Source of the DNA: Anaerolineae bacterium
GTDB taxonomy: Bacteria; Chloroflexota; Anaerolineae; Anaerolineales; UBA4823
Assembly: GCA_041301395.1 (NCBI GenBank)
Contig: JBFYSP010000031.1
Location: 19,315 to 83,314, forward strand
Reading direction: 5' to 3'
DNA length: 64,000 nt
Shown here: one piece after another, positions 28,985-37,449 of the stretch
Position numbering within the stretch: position 1 is the stretch's first letter
Layout: each line of letters opens with the position of its first letter
Made by a program: the position numbers and the translations under genes
The notes under the pieces: generated by a model
Database searches by the model: none
Seen by the model: only the letters and a program-made list of their open reading frames with translations
What the model was told of the DNA's origin: nothing

Positions 28985-29643
28985 TCGAGGCCGATACGCG
29001 CTTCGGTTGTCAGCCTGACCAGCGCCAGGCCGTGCACAGCGCCAACCACCGCCCCCGCCAGCAGCAGCGCTGTGGCAAGTACCGCCGCCGACCCAACTGT
29101 GCTTGCCTGCTTGAAAGCCAGGTCCATGGCGGCGAAGATGATCGCCATCCCGAATGCCCAGGCAATTGCATTAGCCGGTATCCACCACCAGGCTTTTTCC
29201 ACCACCCGGCGTAGTAGACGCCACTGCGGATAGGCGAGCACCACACCCAGCACCAGCCCCATCCCGGCTGCTAGCAGCAGCACAACTGCCGCCGCCGGTT
29301 CCTGCACCTCTTCCCCGCTCTGCTGGGCGCCCATGTCGATCAACGTGCTCGGCAGCGAGCCGAAAAACCAGGCTACCATCGCCCCCGCGATCGTTGCCAT
29401 TACCCAGGCGCGGCGTGCTACCTCGGGGAAAGGACGGCGCAGCACCAGCCACTGCAGTAATCCGACCACGCTGCCTTCAATCGCCCCGCTGGCTGTCACC
29501 AGCAGGATCGATACGATCGACCCTGCAGATCGTGAAATAATCAGGAAGTCGATCGCAAACGTGGCGCCCAACCCAACCAACTCGGCCAGCGCATTAGCCC
29601 CTACCCATCGGAGCCATAGAGATCGTTTCTGGGATGGTTTCAT
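28981..29643 (-). CDS. Integral membrane protein, unknown function
   Basis: 220 aa with about 6 hydrophobic segments and no recognisable motif. Confidence 0.45.
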   Translation of the reverse strand: MKPSQKRSLWLRWVGANALAELVGLGATFAIDFLIISRSAGSIVSILLVTASGAIEGSVVGLLQWLVLRRPFPEVARRAWVMATIAGAMVAWFFGSLPSTLIDMGAQQSGEEVQEPAAAVVLLLAAGMGLVLGVVLAYPQWRLLRRVVEKAWWWIPANAIAWAFGMAIIFAAMDLAFKQASTVGSAAVLATALLLAGAVVGAVHGLALVRLTTEARIGLD

Positions 29644-29676
29644 CGCATTCCCAAGTGTTTGCTCTTCTGTAACGCT

Positions 29677-30138
29677 CTACCCTGCGGGGGGCTGCGGCCG
29701 GAATTCGACAATTACCTTGTCTTTGGCCGCCTGCCGGATTTCATCCTCGTTAAGTTTCCCGTCGACGCCTGGTTTTATCCCCAAATACCTGGCGACTTGC
29801 GGTCCCTGCATCAAGTAGTCTACCAGCATCTGGGCAACCTTCTGTTCATCCTCAATCACCCGACCCCAGGTCTGGATGTCTTTCCCCTGAAGGCGCAGCG
29901 TGGCGGCAGCCCCCTCGCCGCGCAGATTGCGCCACCAGGTGCGGTCTCTTATACTGATGACTTGCAGCGCCTCCCCAGCCCGGTGGTAGTTCACCGGCGT
30001 GGTGTAAACTCTGCCGCTCTTGCGCCCCGTCACGCTGATCAGCATGAAGTTGCTGCTGAGTAAGCCGCGCAGCGGGGAGTGTAATATCCAGCTGAACAGT
30101 ATATTTCCGCTGCGCAAAAAGAAATTGCTCTCTGCCAT
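29677..30138 (-). CDS. Deazaflavin (F420H2)-dependent nitroreductase/quinone reductase family protein (DUF385-like)
   Basis: ISVTGRKSGRVYTTPVNY...RDRTWWRNL matches the split-barrel DDN-like family pattern. Confidence 0.55.
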   Translation of the reverse strand: MAESNFFLRSGNILFSWILHSPLRGLLSSNFMLISVTGRKSGRVYTTPVNYHRAGEALQVISIRDRTWWRNLRGEGAAATLRLQGKDIQTWGRVIEDEQKVAQMLVDYLMQGPQVARYLGIKPGVDGKLNEDEIRQAAKDKVIVEFRPQPPAG

Positions 30139-30165
30139 GCTGGACCTCCGCTGGGTTGCCTGGGT

Positions 30166-32085
30166 TTAATGTTTGGCCAGTACGATCACCTGGTCTTCCG
30201 ACCCCAGGGTAAGGGGAGCGGATTTGACCGGGTTGGCCACCATCTGGTAGCTGGTTTCGCCTCGCTCGGTAGCAGTGGCATGGCGGTATCCGATGGCGGT
30301 TTCCTGACGCTGCCTGGCCGCCTCAACTACGGTGTAGAAATTGGTGCGGGATCCGGCTGGAACGTACAGCGAAGCCGGTTTCAAATAAATTTCCACCCCC
30401 TGCGGATCGAAGATTTCATCGTACACCGCGCACATGCCGCGTGTTTCGGCTACCTGCGCCATCAGCAGGCTGATTAAACGCTCGCTGACTATGAAATCGT
30501 CTGGCCGGTTGGAAGCCACCAATTTGCTGTTGCGCAGGTCTAACATCTCGGTGACAATCGAGTACTTAAGGTTCCCGGCGTCGGCCATGTCGCGGATATG
30601 CAACAATGTGATCGCGGTAAGCGCGTCCGCTTGCTGGATGTCAAGATTTTCGGAGTAAGCCAGGATGACTACGTGGTGGAATTTCTCCAGCTCCAGGCTC
30701 TCCAGCAGCTCGCGGCTGCAACTATCTCCTGGCAGGTAGCTGGCTTTCAGGTTCTCCAGCCCCTGAAATACGTCGACGATATCCTCGCTGGTCAATGCCG
30801 GGTTGGCCGCCACAGTGACAACTGATCCTGGTGCGGCATAATGATCCAGCTCGTGCAGGATGCCTGCTCCGCGCCCGTTCCATCCCAGGATGATGGTGTT
30901 TTCATGGAAGAAGTTGCGCTGTACTGTGGAACGGACGATGTGATCGTAGATCTCCGGCTGGACGTCCGGGGTAAAGATGATGCTGCTATCATCCTGGGCG
31001 ATCACCACCAGCTGGTCGCCGGCCTGGATGGGGGTATCGTAAGGCACCTCCAGGCGCGGTTTCTGGCCCCGCGCCCGCATACCGATCACGGTCACGCTCT
31101 CGCTGGCGTGTAGCATTTCGCCATAGGTTTTTCCGGCCAGGTTCGGCACGTCCGCAAGGTAAATTTCGTTGCCGCTGTAATCGAACAGCTCGGTATATAC
31201 CACTGACAGACCCGGCTGCAGAGCGGTCTGGGCGATGATGCGCGAGATGACATCGCCTTGCAGGATCCACTCGACTTCGTCCTTGCCGAGCACGCGCGCC
31301 AGGCTGGTGTTCCTGGGGTTGCGGATTGTGGCGACAATCCGGTAGGGCTCGGGGCGGCGGTTGGGGTTGTTCAAGATAGCCAGTACGATTTTTATCGACT
31401 GGGCATCCGGGTGTGCGCTTTCCGGCGGCAGCACGATGATATTTTTCGAGGTATTCAGGCTGACCCGGTCCAGGTTGGTCATCTCCAGCGGGCTGCCGGT
31501 GCGGCAGATGACCCGCACCCGTCCGGTATCGCCGACCTTCTGGCGGATGTCGTCCTCCATTACCGTTTTCTCGCGTTCTCCGAGCACCACAATGCACCCT
31601 TTGGGCTCGCTGGCTAGAGCCCTGGCCAACTCGCTGATGATGGTGAAAATCTGCTCCGACCAGCCCAGGATCACGGTATGGTTGCTCTCGATTACCTGCG
31701 TGCGGCCGCGGCGCAGCTCTTCCAAACGGTTCTGCATGCCGCTGGTCAGCGAGCCGATCACGATGCTGAACAGGAACAGGTTGAACAGCATCACGCCCAG
31801 CATCAGGAAGCGGTAGGCCCACACGGTACCGCGCTCGCCCACCGAGCCGTTGCCCATCGTTTGCAAGAAGCCTACCCACATCGCTTCAATAAAATTGTAG
31901 GGCGGCTCATCACCTGGCGCTATACCGGTCAGGTAGAGCACGACTGCAATTAGCAGCATCACCAGAACGGACAGCAATCCCAGCCAGACAATCAAGATGC
32001 CGGGGTGCCTGGAAAACTGCTGGTCGATCCGGTAGCGCATTCGTGCCAGCAGGCTGGGTTTGGTTGGGGTGGGAGGTTTGTTCAT
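30166..32085 (-). CDS. CASTOR/POLLUX-related putative ion channel with tandem RCK-like domains
   Basis: Start chosen at MNKPPTPTKPSLLARMRYRIDQQFSR. It has 2-3 TM with a pore-like loop FLQTMGNGSVGE, then NHTVILGWSE... and NTIILGWNGRG... Rossmann-like RCK repeats. Confidence 0.6.
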   Translation of the reverse strand: MNKPPTPTKPSLLARMRYRIDQQFSRHPGILIVWLGLLSVLVMLLIAVVLYLTGIAPGDEPPYNFIEAMWVGFLQTMGNGSVGERGTVWAYRFLMLGVMLFNLFLFSIVIGSLTSGMQNRLEELRRGRTQVIESNHTVILGWSEQIFTIISELARALASEPKGCIVVLGEREKTVMEDDIRQKVGDTGRVRVICRTGSPLEMTNLDRVSLNTSKNIIVLPPESAHPDAQSIKIVLAILNNPNRRPEPYRIVATIRNPRNTSLARVLGKDEVEWILQGDVISRIIAQTALQPGLSVVYTELFDYSGNEIYLADVPNLAGKTYGEMLHASESVTVIGMRARGQKPRLEVPYDTPIQAGDQLVVIAQDDSSIIFTPDVQPEIYDHIVRSTVQRNFFHENTIILGWNGRGAGILHELDHYAAPGSVVTVAANPALTSEDIVDVFQGLENLKASYLPGDSCSRELLESLELEKFHHVVILAYSENLDIQQADALTAITLLHIRDMADAGNLKYSIVTEMLDLRNSKLVASNRPDDFIVSERLISLLMAQVAETRGMCAVYDEIFDPQGVEIYLKPASLYVPAGSRTNFYTVVEAARQRQETAIGYRHATATERGETSYQMVANPVKSAPLTLGSEDQVIVLAKH

Positions 32086-32118
32086 ATCATCGCTCCAGTC
32101 TGCAAAATTATACATGCT

Positions 32119-32161
32119 GAATGTCAAAATGGGATACATGTCATCTTTCGATATGACATTC
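32119..32161. promoter_or_regulatory. Candidate operator: nested ATGTCA repeats between the channel gene and the arsR-family gene
   Basis: ATGTCAT (32138-32144) N8 ATGACAT (32153-32159) is a perfect 7-bp inverted repeat. An outer GAATGTCA (32119-32126) is the inverted partner of TGACATTC (32154-32161). Confidence 0.45.
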
Positions 32162-32207
32162 GTCCATTCCTGCAGGCAGCGAATCAGCATACAATATATT
32201 CAGGAAA

Positions 32208-32624
32208 TTGAATATGAGCACACAAACATCAAACATTACCGATCCCATAAGCCAGCTTCTCCAGGCAATTGCTTCACCGGCGCGCCTGGAAATCCTGCTG
32301 GCCATTGGGGAAGGCGAGGCCTGTGTCTGCCATCTGGAGGCTATTTCAGGTTATCGCCAGGCTTACATTTCGCAGCACCTGATGGCCCTGCGGGATGCCG
32401 GCGTGATCACTGCCAGGCGGCATGGACGCTTTGTGTATTATCGCCTGAAAGACAGAACTCTGCTGGCCTTGCTGGCTACTGCCGGGACATTCTGCGGCAT
32501 CTCGCCGGGCGAGTTGGAGCAGGTGTTCCCGCCAGACCAGGTTGCAGGCTGCGCTTGCCCCCAGTGTGTGACAAACCAGCCCGCTTCGCGGCTGCAGATC
32601 GAGCTCCCACCAACCATTGCATGA
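32208..32624 (+). CDS. ArsR/SmtB family metalloregulator with C-terminal Cys-rich extension
   Basis: LLQAIASPARLEILLAI, alpha-3 site-like EACVCHLE, recognition helix QAYISQHLMALRDAGVI, wing RRHGRFVYYRL. An extra C-terminal CACPQC motif is present. Confidence 0.8.
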   Translation: MNMSTQTSNITDPISQLLQAIASPARLEILLAIGEGEACVCHLEAISGYRQAYISQHLMALRDAGVITARRHGRFVYYRLKDRTLLALLATAGTFCGISPGELEQVFPPDQVAGCACPQCVTNQPASRLQIELPPTIA

Positions 32625-32640
32625 TATCGGAGAGAAAAAG

Positions 32641-33090
32641 ATGACAGAATTTCTCGAAACAACGGTCGATAAATTTATTTTCAAAGTGGCCACAGACCGG
32701 TTGTATAACGGCGAAGGGGTGTGGGCTCAAGCCGAAGGACACCGGGTACGCATTGGCCTGTCGGATTTCTTACAGCAGCGCAGCGGCGATGTCGCCTTTG
32801 CCGAGGTGAAGTCAGCGGGGACGCATGTTCTGCAGGGTGATGAAGTCGCCGTAATCGAGACGATTAAGGTCAATATCGCGCTGAGCTCGCCCGTATCCGG
32901 GATCGTGCTCGAGGTCAATCCGGATATGGAAATGGCCCCGGAAGCGATTAACCAGGATCCATTCGGAAAAGGCTGGCTGGCGCTTATCGATGCCGGCAGC
33001 TGGGACGCCGACCGGGCGCAGCTGCTGGAGCCGGCTGCGTATTTTGCCAAAATGAAGGTGGAAGCAGAAGAGGAAGTGAAAAAATCATGA
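32641..33090 (+). CDS. Glycine-cleavage H-like (lipoyl-carrier-like) protein
   Basis: GVWAQAEGHRVRIGLSDFLQQRSGDVAFAEV...VIETIKVNIALSSPVSGIVLEVN...DPFGKGWL follows the GcvH fold pattern and includes a Lys at the lipoyl position. ATG at 32641 is preceded by GGAGAG. The tracked TTG start at 32617 would overlap arsR. Confidence 0.65.
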   Translation: MTEFLETTVDKFIFKVATDRLYNGEGVWAQAEGHRVRIGLSDFLQQRSGDVAFAEVKSAGTHVLQGDEVAVIETIKVNIALSSPVSGIVLEVNPDMEMAPEAINQDPFGKGWLALIDAGSWDADRAQLLEPAAYFAKMKVEAEEEVKKS

Positions 33091-33554
33091 CCGAGCTGGA
33101 TAGCAACCGGCCGCAGAAGGTGGTGATTGTTCCGTGCAGTGGGATTGGTAAAACCTATGGGACAGTCAGCCGAGAAGCGGCCTACATTGTAACGGAGGAT
33201 AACCGCCCAGACGAAACGCAGCTCGTGGCGCTTTCCATGCTGGTGCTGGGCGACGAGGATGCACGCGCCGCGCTGGCCGGCAACCCGGCTATCACCATAG
33301 ATGGCTGCAAGCTGGCTTGTGCCACCAAGATGGTCCAGGAAAGTGGGGGGACGGTCGCCCAGGATTTTGCCGTCCTGGACGTCTACCGGCGCTACCGTCA
33401 GCTCAAACCGCAGGGCATCGCCGAGCTCAACGAAGGCGGCCTGCAGCTGGCCGCAGCTATGGCTCAAGAAATTGCCGAGATCGTCGACGAACTTGTGGAT
33501 GGCGGTCAACGGTCCTCGGTCAGCGGTCAGTCTATCGAGGCGCCCAATGGTTGA
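33087..33554 (+). CDS. DGC-domain (putative zinc/metal-binding) protein 1
   Basis: VVIVPCSGIGKTYG...AITIDGCKLACATKM matches the DGC-domain pattern (CSG near the N-terminus, DGC-x3-C). ATGA overlap with the upstream stop. Confidence 0.6.
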   Translation: MTELDSNRPQKVVIVPCSGIGKTYGTVSREAAYIVTEDNRPDETQLVALSMLVLGDEDARAALAGNPAITIDGCKLACATKMVQESGGTVAQDFAVLDVYRRYRQLKPQGIAELNEGGLQLAAAMAQEIAEIVDELVDGGQRSSVSGQSIEAPNG

Positions 33555-34296
33555 TCTCCCTAAGAAGAAAGTTGGTATAGTGGCCTGCTCTGGCGAAGAG
33601 CTGGCAGAAGGCACTGTGACGCGCCTGGCGGCATTGAAGGTGCTCGAACAGCTCCGCCCGGAAGATACCGTCACTATCTGCCTGCCCTTGTTCCTGGCCG
33701 GCGGTGAGGGCGACCGGGCATTTGCTCGTTTTTATCCCACCATTGCTGTGGATGGCTGCGAGCTGCGCTGTGCAGCGCGTGCCACCGAGATGTATTCCGG
33801 CAAGCCGGCTGCCAGCCTGGTGGTAAGCGAGCTGCTGGCTGAGCAGGGCCTGGATAAGCCGCAGGGCAGGCGGCGCCTCGATGCGGCTGGCAAAGCTGCG
33901 GTGGATGCAACTGCCGGGCGCATGGCAGAGATGGTCGATGAACTGCTGGATAAGCCCTGGAGCCGGCGCTCCGGGCAGTTCATCTCCCTGGACGCGGTCT
34001 CCAGCGCCCCGGCAGCCGAACCGCAGCAGGCCGTTGAAGCCACCTGCTCCTGCGGATCGGGCATCCCGGTTCTTAAGGTCATGATCGAGGGTCAGAGCGT
34101 CACGCTGGTAGCTTTACCGCTCATTTTCGATAGTTTTCGCGAACAGGGCAAGCTCCCTGAAGGTGGAACCAGGCGTGAGCTGTTGGATACTGTGAAGTTA
34201 TACAACCCGATCCCGGCAGGATCGGAAGAAGCCTACGCCGAGACTCTGTTGCGCGAATATACAGCCTACTGTGCTGAGAAGGTTGTGACAAAATGA
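33547..34296 (+). CDS. DGC-domain protein 2 with 120-aa C-terminal extension
   Basis: Start chosen at MVDLPKKKVGIVACSGEELAEG...TIAVDGCELRCAARA. The tracked ORF from 33301 is an out-of-frame overlap with DGC-1. The C-terminal extension carries CSCGSG. 8-nt overlap with the upstream gene. Confidence 0.6.
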   Translation: MVDLPKKKVGIVACSGEELAEGTVTRLAALKVLEQLRPEDTVTICLPLFLAGGEGDRAFARFYPTIAVDGCELRCAARATEMYSGKPAASLVVSELLAEQGLDKPQGRRRLDAAGKAAVDATAGRMAEMVDELLDKPWSRRSGQFISLDAVSSAPAAEPQQAVEATCSCGSGIPVLKVMIEGQSVTLVALPLIFDSFREQGKLPEGGTRRELLDTVKLYNPIPAGSEEAYAETLLREYTAYCAEKVVTK

Positions 34297-34748
34297 GCCC
34301 TAACACCGCCACCTACCATACGACCGTATCCTGGAAGGGGGAGCATTGGGGGCACATCGTCATGGGCAACGGTCCGGAGATGGATTTTTCCGCCCCGCCC
34401 GATGCCCAGGGGCATCCCGGCGTCTTTACCCCCGAGGATGCCTTCGTGGCGGCCGCCAATACCTGCGTCATGATGATGTTCATCTGGGCAGCCGAGCGCT
34501 TCAAGCTCAACCTGCTCTCGTATGAATGCCGGACGGAAGGCACCAAGCTGATCGAGCTGGATCGCACGGAGATATTTACCCACCTGCGCTTCTGGCCGCT
34601 TATCCGCATTGCGGCTGGATCAGAAACCCCTGCCGTAGTCGAATCCAGGACTCGCCGTGCGTTGCAGTCGGCTCAGAAATACAGCCTGGTGGCCAATTCG
34701 GTCAAATCCGAAATCATCATCGAACCACAAATTGAAATTGTTCCATAG
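34293..34748 (+). CDS. OsmC/Ohr family peroxiredoxin-like protein
   Basis: HTTVSWKGEHWGHI...PEDAFVAAANTCVMMMF...ECRTEG follows the OsmC-like pattern. ATGA overlap with DGC-2. Confidence 0.6.
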   Translation: MSPNTATYHTTVSWKGEHWGHIVMGNGPEMDFSAPPDAQGHPGVFTPEDAFVAAANTCVMMMFIWAAERFKLNLLSYECRTEGTKLIELDRTEIFTHLRFWPLIRIAAGSETPAVVESRTRRALQSAQKYSLVANSVKSEIIIEPQIEIVP

Positions 34749-34764
34749 AAAACCGGAGGAATAA

Positions 34765-35010
34765 ATGCTCACCATAAAAGTTTTAGGCCCCGGCTGCCAG
34801 AACTGCAAAAATCTGGAAGCCATTGCCCGCAAAGCGGTTGCCGATTTTGGCCTGCAGGCTGAGATTGTCAAAGTGACCGATTGGGATGAGATTAAAAAAT
34901 ACCCGATCCTGGCGACCCCCGGCCTGGTGGTCAACGAGAAACTGGTCAGCGCCGGGCGTATTCCCAGTGAAGGGGAGGTCTTGACCTGGCTGGCCGATGC
35001 GATGAATTAG
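34765..35010 (+). CDS. Small thioredoxin-fold protein (redox-active disulfide protein 2-like)
   Basis: 81 aa: [18 protein letters not shown]...[13 protein letters not shown]-terminal CxxC with the layout of the small thioredoxin-fold proteins often found in arsR-linked operons. Confidence 0.7.
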   Translation: MLTIKVLGPGCQNCKNLEAIARKAVADFGLQAEIVKVTDWDEIKKYPILATPGLVVNEKLVSAGRIPSEGEVLTWLADAMN

Positions 35011-35031
35011 GTTCCCTGGCCGGGATAGAGT

Positions 35032-35058
35032 GGCGCCGCGTCGTACGGCGCCCTTTTT
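35032..35058 (+). terminator. Rho-independent terminator ending the arsR-headed operon
   Basis: GGCGCCG (35032-35038), 7-nt loop, CGGCGCC (35046-35052), then CTTTTT. Confidence 0.65.
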
Positions 35059-35124
35059 CGAGATATATATATTCAAAAAAGTGAATATTAATATCGATGG
35101 TTCCAGATCTAAAAGGATGCCAGC

Positions 35125-35877
35125 ATGCTTTACTTATTAATTCCCGCCTTGCTTTTTGCGCTGTCCTTCCTGGCGGGGATGATGGGATTAGGTGTGGCAT
35201 TTATTGCTACCCCGATTTTGGGATTATTCGGCTTTGACCTCAAGCATGTCATCATGCCCTGGTCACTGTGGCTGAACGGCTTGACGGCCATCGCTGGCGC
35301 AATTACATTTGCGCGCGCCAAAATGGTCGATTGGCGCACCGCAATACCTCTGTTAATCATCACTACCCTGGTTGCGCCTCTGGGCGTTTGGATGTTGAAC
35401 TTTGCCTCGGTCGCTGTCGTCTGGTGGATTTATGTCGTGGTGCTATTCTTCCTGGCATACCGGATGGCTTTTCCACCCAAACAGGATGATAGCAAAGCGC
35501 TTGCCATCACCGACCGCACACGAGTCAAAGCAGGTTTCTTCAGCGCCTTGATTGGTACATTTGCAGGTTTCCTCGGAGTTGGCCCGGGGTTTTTAATGAT
35601 GCCAACCTTGGTGATGCTGGGATACACTGCCCGTTTGGCAGCCGCCACCAATAGCGTCATCGTCACTCTGCCATCCTTCTCGGCTTTCATCACTCACCTG
35701 CCCAGTGCCCAGTTTGACTGGTTGATGCTGATCCTGACCTCGATTACTGCGGTGATCGGGGCCTGGCTGGGGGCGCGCTTCATGGCCAAACGGGTGAAAT
35801 CCTTGACCCTCAGCCGGATTTTTGCCGCGGCTCTATTACTCCTGGCCATTCAAAGGGCATATTTGCTGATTAGTTAA
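35125..35877 (+). CDS. TauE/SafE family anion (sulfite-type) exporter
   Basis: 250 aa, 7-8 TM, duplicated 4-TM pattern with GMMGLGVAFIATPIL and GFLGVGPGFLMMPTL motifs. Confidence 0.7.
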   Translation: MLYLLIPALLFALSFLAGMMGLGVAFIATPILGLFGFDLKHVIMPWSLWLNGLTAIAGAITFARAKMVDWRTAIPLLIITTLVAPLGVWMLNFASVAVVWWIYVVVLFFLAYRMAFPPKQDDSKALAITDRTRVKAGFFSALIGTFAGFLGVGPGFLMMPTLVMLGYTARLAAATNSVIVTLPSFSAFITHLPSAQFDWLMLILTSITAVIGAWLGARFMAKRVKSLTLSRIFAAALLLLAIQRAYLLIS

Positions 35878-35886
35878 TCCATAAGT

Positions 35887-36246
35887 GTGAAAATGACAAC
35901 GAATTATATAGAGCAATACCAACATCTCGAAGAACGCCTGATTCAATTTGGCAAGGAAATGCCCGGTCCGATGACTGGCTTCGCCCGGTTGCACAAGAAA
36001 GCGGTTGAAGACGGCGCCTTGAGTGCCAAGACCAAAGAATTGATGGCGCTGGCGATCAGCATTGCCGTTCACTGTGAAGGCTGTATCGTCTATCATGTGC
36101 ATGATGCCGTCGCAGCCGGCGCAACTCGCCAGGAACTCTTGGAAACACTTGGCGTCGGATTATTGATGTCCGGTGGTCCAGGCTCGATGTATGTCGCGCT
36201 GGCAATGGATGCCATCGAACAGTTCCTTCCTGATGGCCCTGGTTAG
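35887..36246 (+). CDS. Carboxymuconolactone decarboxylase/AhpD-like protein
   Basis: KTKELMALAISIAVHCEGCIVYH is the AhpD/CMD CxxC helix motif. Confidence 0.7.
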   Translation: MKMTTNYIEQYQHLEERLIQFGKEMPGPMTGFARLHKKAVEDGALSAKTKELMALAISIAVHCEGCIVYHVHDAVAAGATRQELLETLGVGLLMSGGPGSMYVALAMDAIEQFLPDGPG

Positions 36247-36264
36247 GATCGCTGACTTTGCTTA

Positions 36265-36873
36265 TTGGGACATACAGCAGTGGCCGAAAATGAGCGTCGC
36301 TTTGATCCCCAAAAACATGATGCTTTGATCGAGCCCCAGCGGTGGGCGCGCTGGAATCCACCGCGCATGCTCGACCGGGTGGGTATTCGACCTGGACTGC
36401 GCGTGCTGGATTTGGGCTGCGGACCTGGTTTCTGGACGTTGCCGCTGGCCAAAATGGTTGGCACTCAAGGAAAAGTCTGGGCGCTAGATGTCAGCCAGGA
36501 GCTGCTCGACCTGCTGGCAGAGCGAACACCACCTGCCCAGGTGCATCTGCTGCGTGGCGAGCTGCCCACGATCAACTTACCCGACGATTCGGTCGATTTG
36601 GTGTGGGGCGCTTTCGTAATTCATGAGGTTGAACCGCTTGATATATTAATTCGTGAAATCCGTCGCGTTCTGATTAGCCAAGGTAAAGTAGCTATTTTGG
36701 ATTGGCGCCCGGATGCTAAGACTGAGAATAGCCCGCCAAAACAACACCGGCTGGCATCGGGAAAACTGATTGATCTGCTGGGTATGGCTGGCTTTGAAGA
36801 AGTCCGTTTAAACTGGCGCAATAAAGATGCTTACCTGATCGAAGCTCAATCCAGTAGCGATGGCCGCAAATAA
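36265..36873 (+). CDS. Class I SAM-dependent methyltransferase
   Basis: Motif I VLDLGCGPGFWT, post-I VWALDVS, DLVWGAFVIHEV. Confidence 0.7.
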   Translation: MGHTAVAENERRFDPQKHDALIEPQRWARWNPPRMLDRVGIRPGLRVLDLGCGPGFWTLPLAKMVGTQGKVWALDVSQELLDLLAERTPPAQVHLLRGELPTINLPDDSVDLVWGAFVIHEVEPLDILIREIRRVLISQGKVAILDWRPDAKTENSPPKQHRLASGKLIDLLGMAGFEEVRLNWRNKDAYLIEAQSSSDGRK

Positions 36874-36981
36874 TACGATGAACTGCAATTATGGAAGATT
36901 TACTGGTGCGCACATTTTTATTGATACTCAATATCAAACCAGCGTAGACCTTTACGTACTTGCAGGAGGCAGACCAGACCG

Positions 36982-37449
36982 ATGCCGACCAAGCAATCGA
37001 AACAACATTCCAATAAAACCTCACGCTTAGAGCACGTCCTGGTCATCGGCGGTGTAGCGCTGCTGATCATCGCCATTCTGGTGCTCAAACAGAAACCCCA
37101 GAACTCAACGCCTCTGGTCAACTCAACCGATCCCCCCGAAGCGCAGCTCGACCGCGCCTTGCAGACTGGACAGCCTGCGCTGGCTTTCTTCCATTCCAAC
37201 AATTGCCAGCAGTGCATTGTGATGATGGATACCGTGGCGCAGGTATACCCAGAATTTACAGATTCGGTAACGCTGGTGGATGTGAATGTCTATGACGAGC
37301 AAAACCAGGCCTTACTAAAGAGGGTCGGATTGCAGTATATCCCAACCCTGATATTCTTCGATCGTGCCGGTCAGGGAGAAGTCTCTGTCGGGGTAATGGA
37401 AGCAGAGCAGCTAAAGCAAACCCTGGCCAGCCTGGCGGGAGGCAAGTGA
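36982..37449 (+). CDS. Membrane-anchored thioredoxin-like protein
   Basis: N-terminal TM VLVIGGVALLIIAILVL. Thioredoxin fold with FFHSNNCQQCIVM (CxxC) and IPTLIFF. Confidence 0.7.
   Translation: MPTKQSKQHSNKTSRLEHVLVIGGVALLIIAILVLKQKPQNSTPLVNSTDPPEAQLDRALQTGQPALAFFHSNNCQQCIVMMDTVAQVYPEFTDSVTLVDVNVYDEQNQALLKRVGLQYIPTLIFFDRAGQGEVSVGVMEAEQLKQTLASLAGGK

Noticed and set aside
33301-33546. Upstream 82 codons of the tracked ORF 33301-34296
   Set aside because: This part overlaps DGC-1 in another frame and is Arg/Ser/Pro-rich. The DGC-domain homology starts at the ATG at 33547 (MVDLPKKKVGIVACSG), which gives a typical 8-nt coupled overlap.
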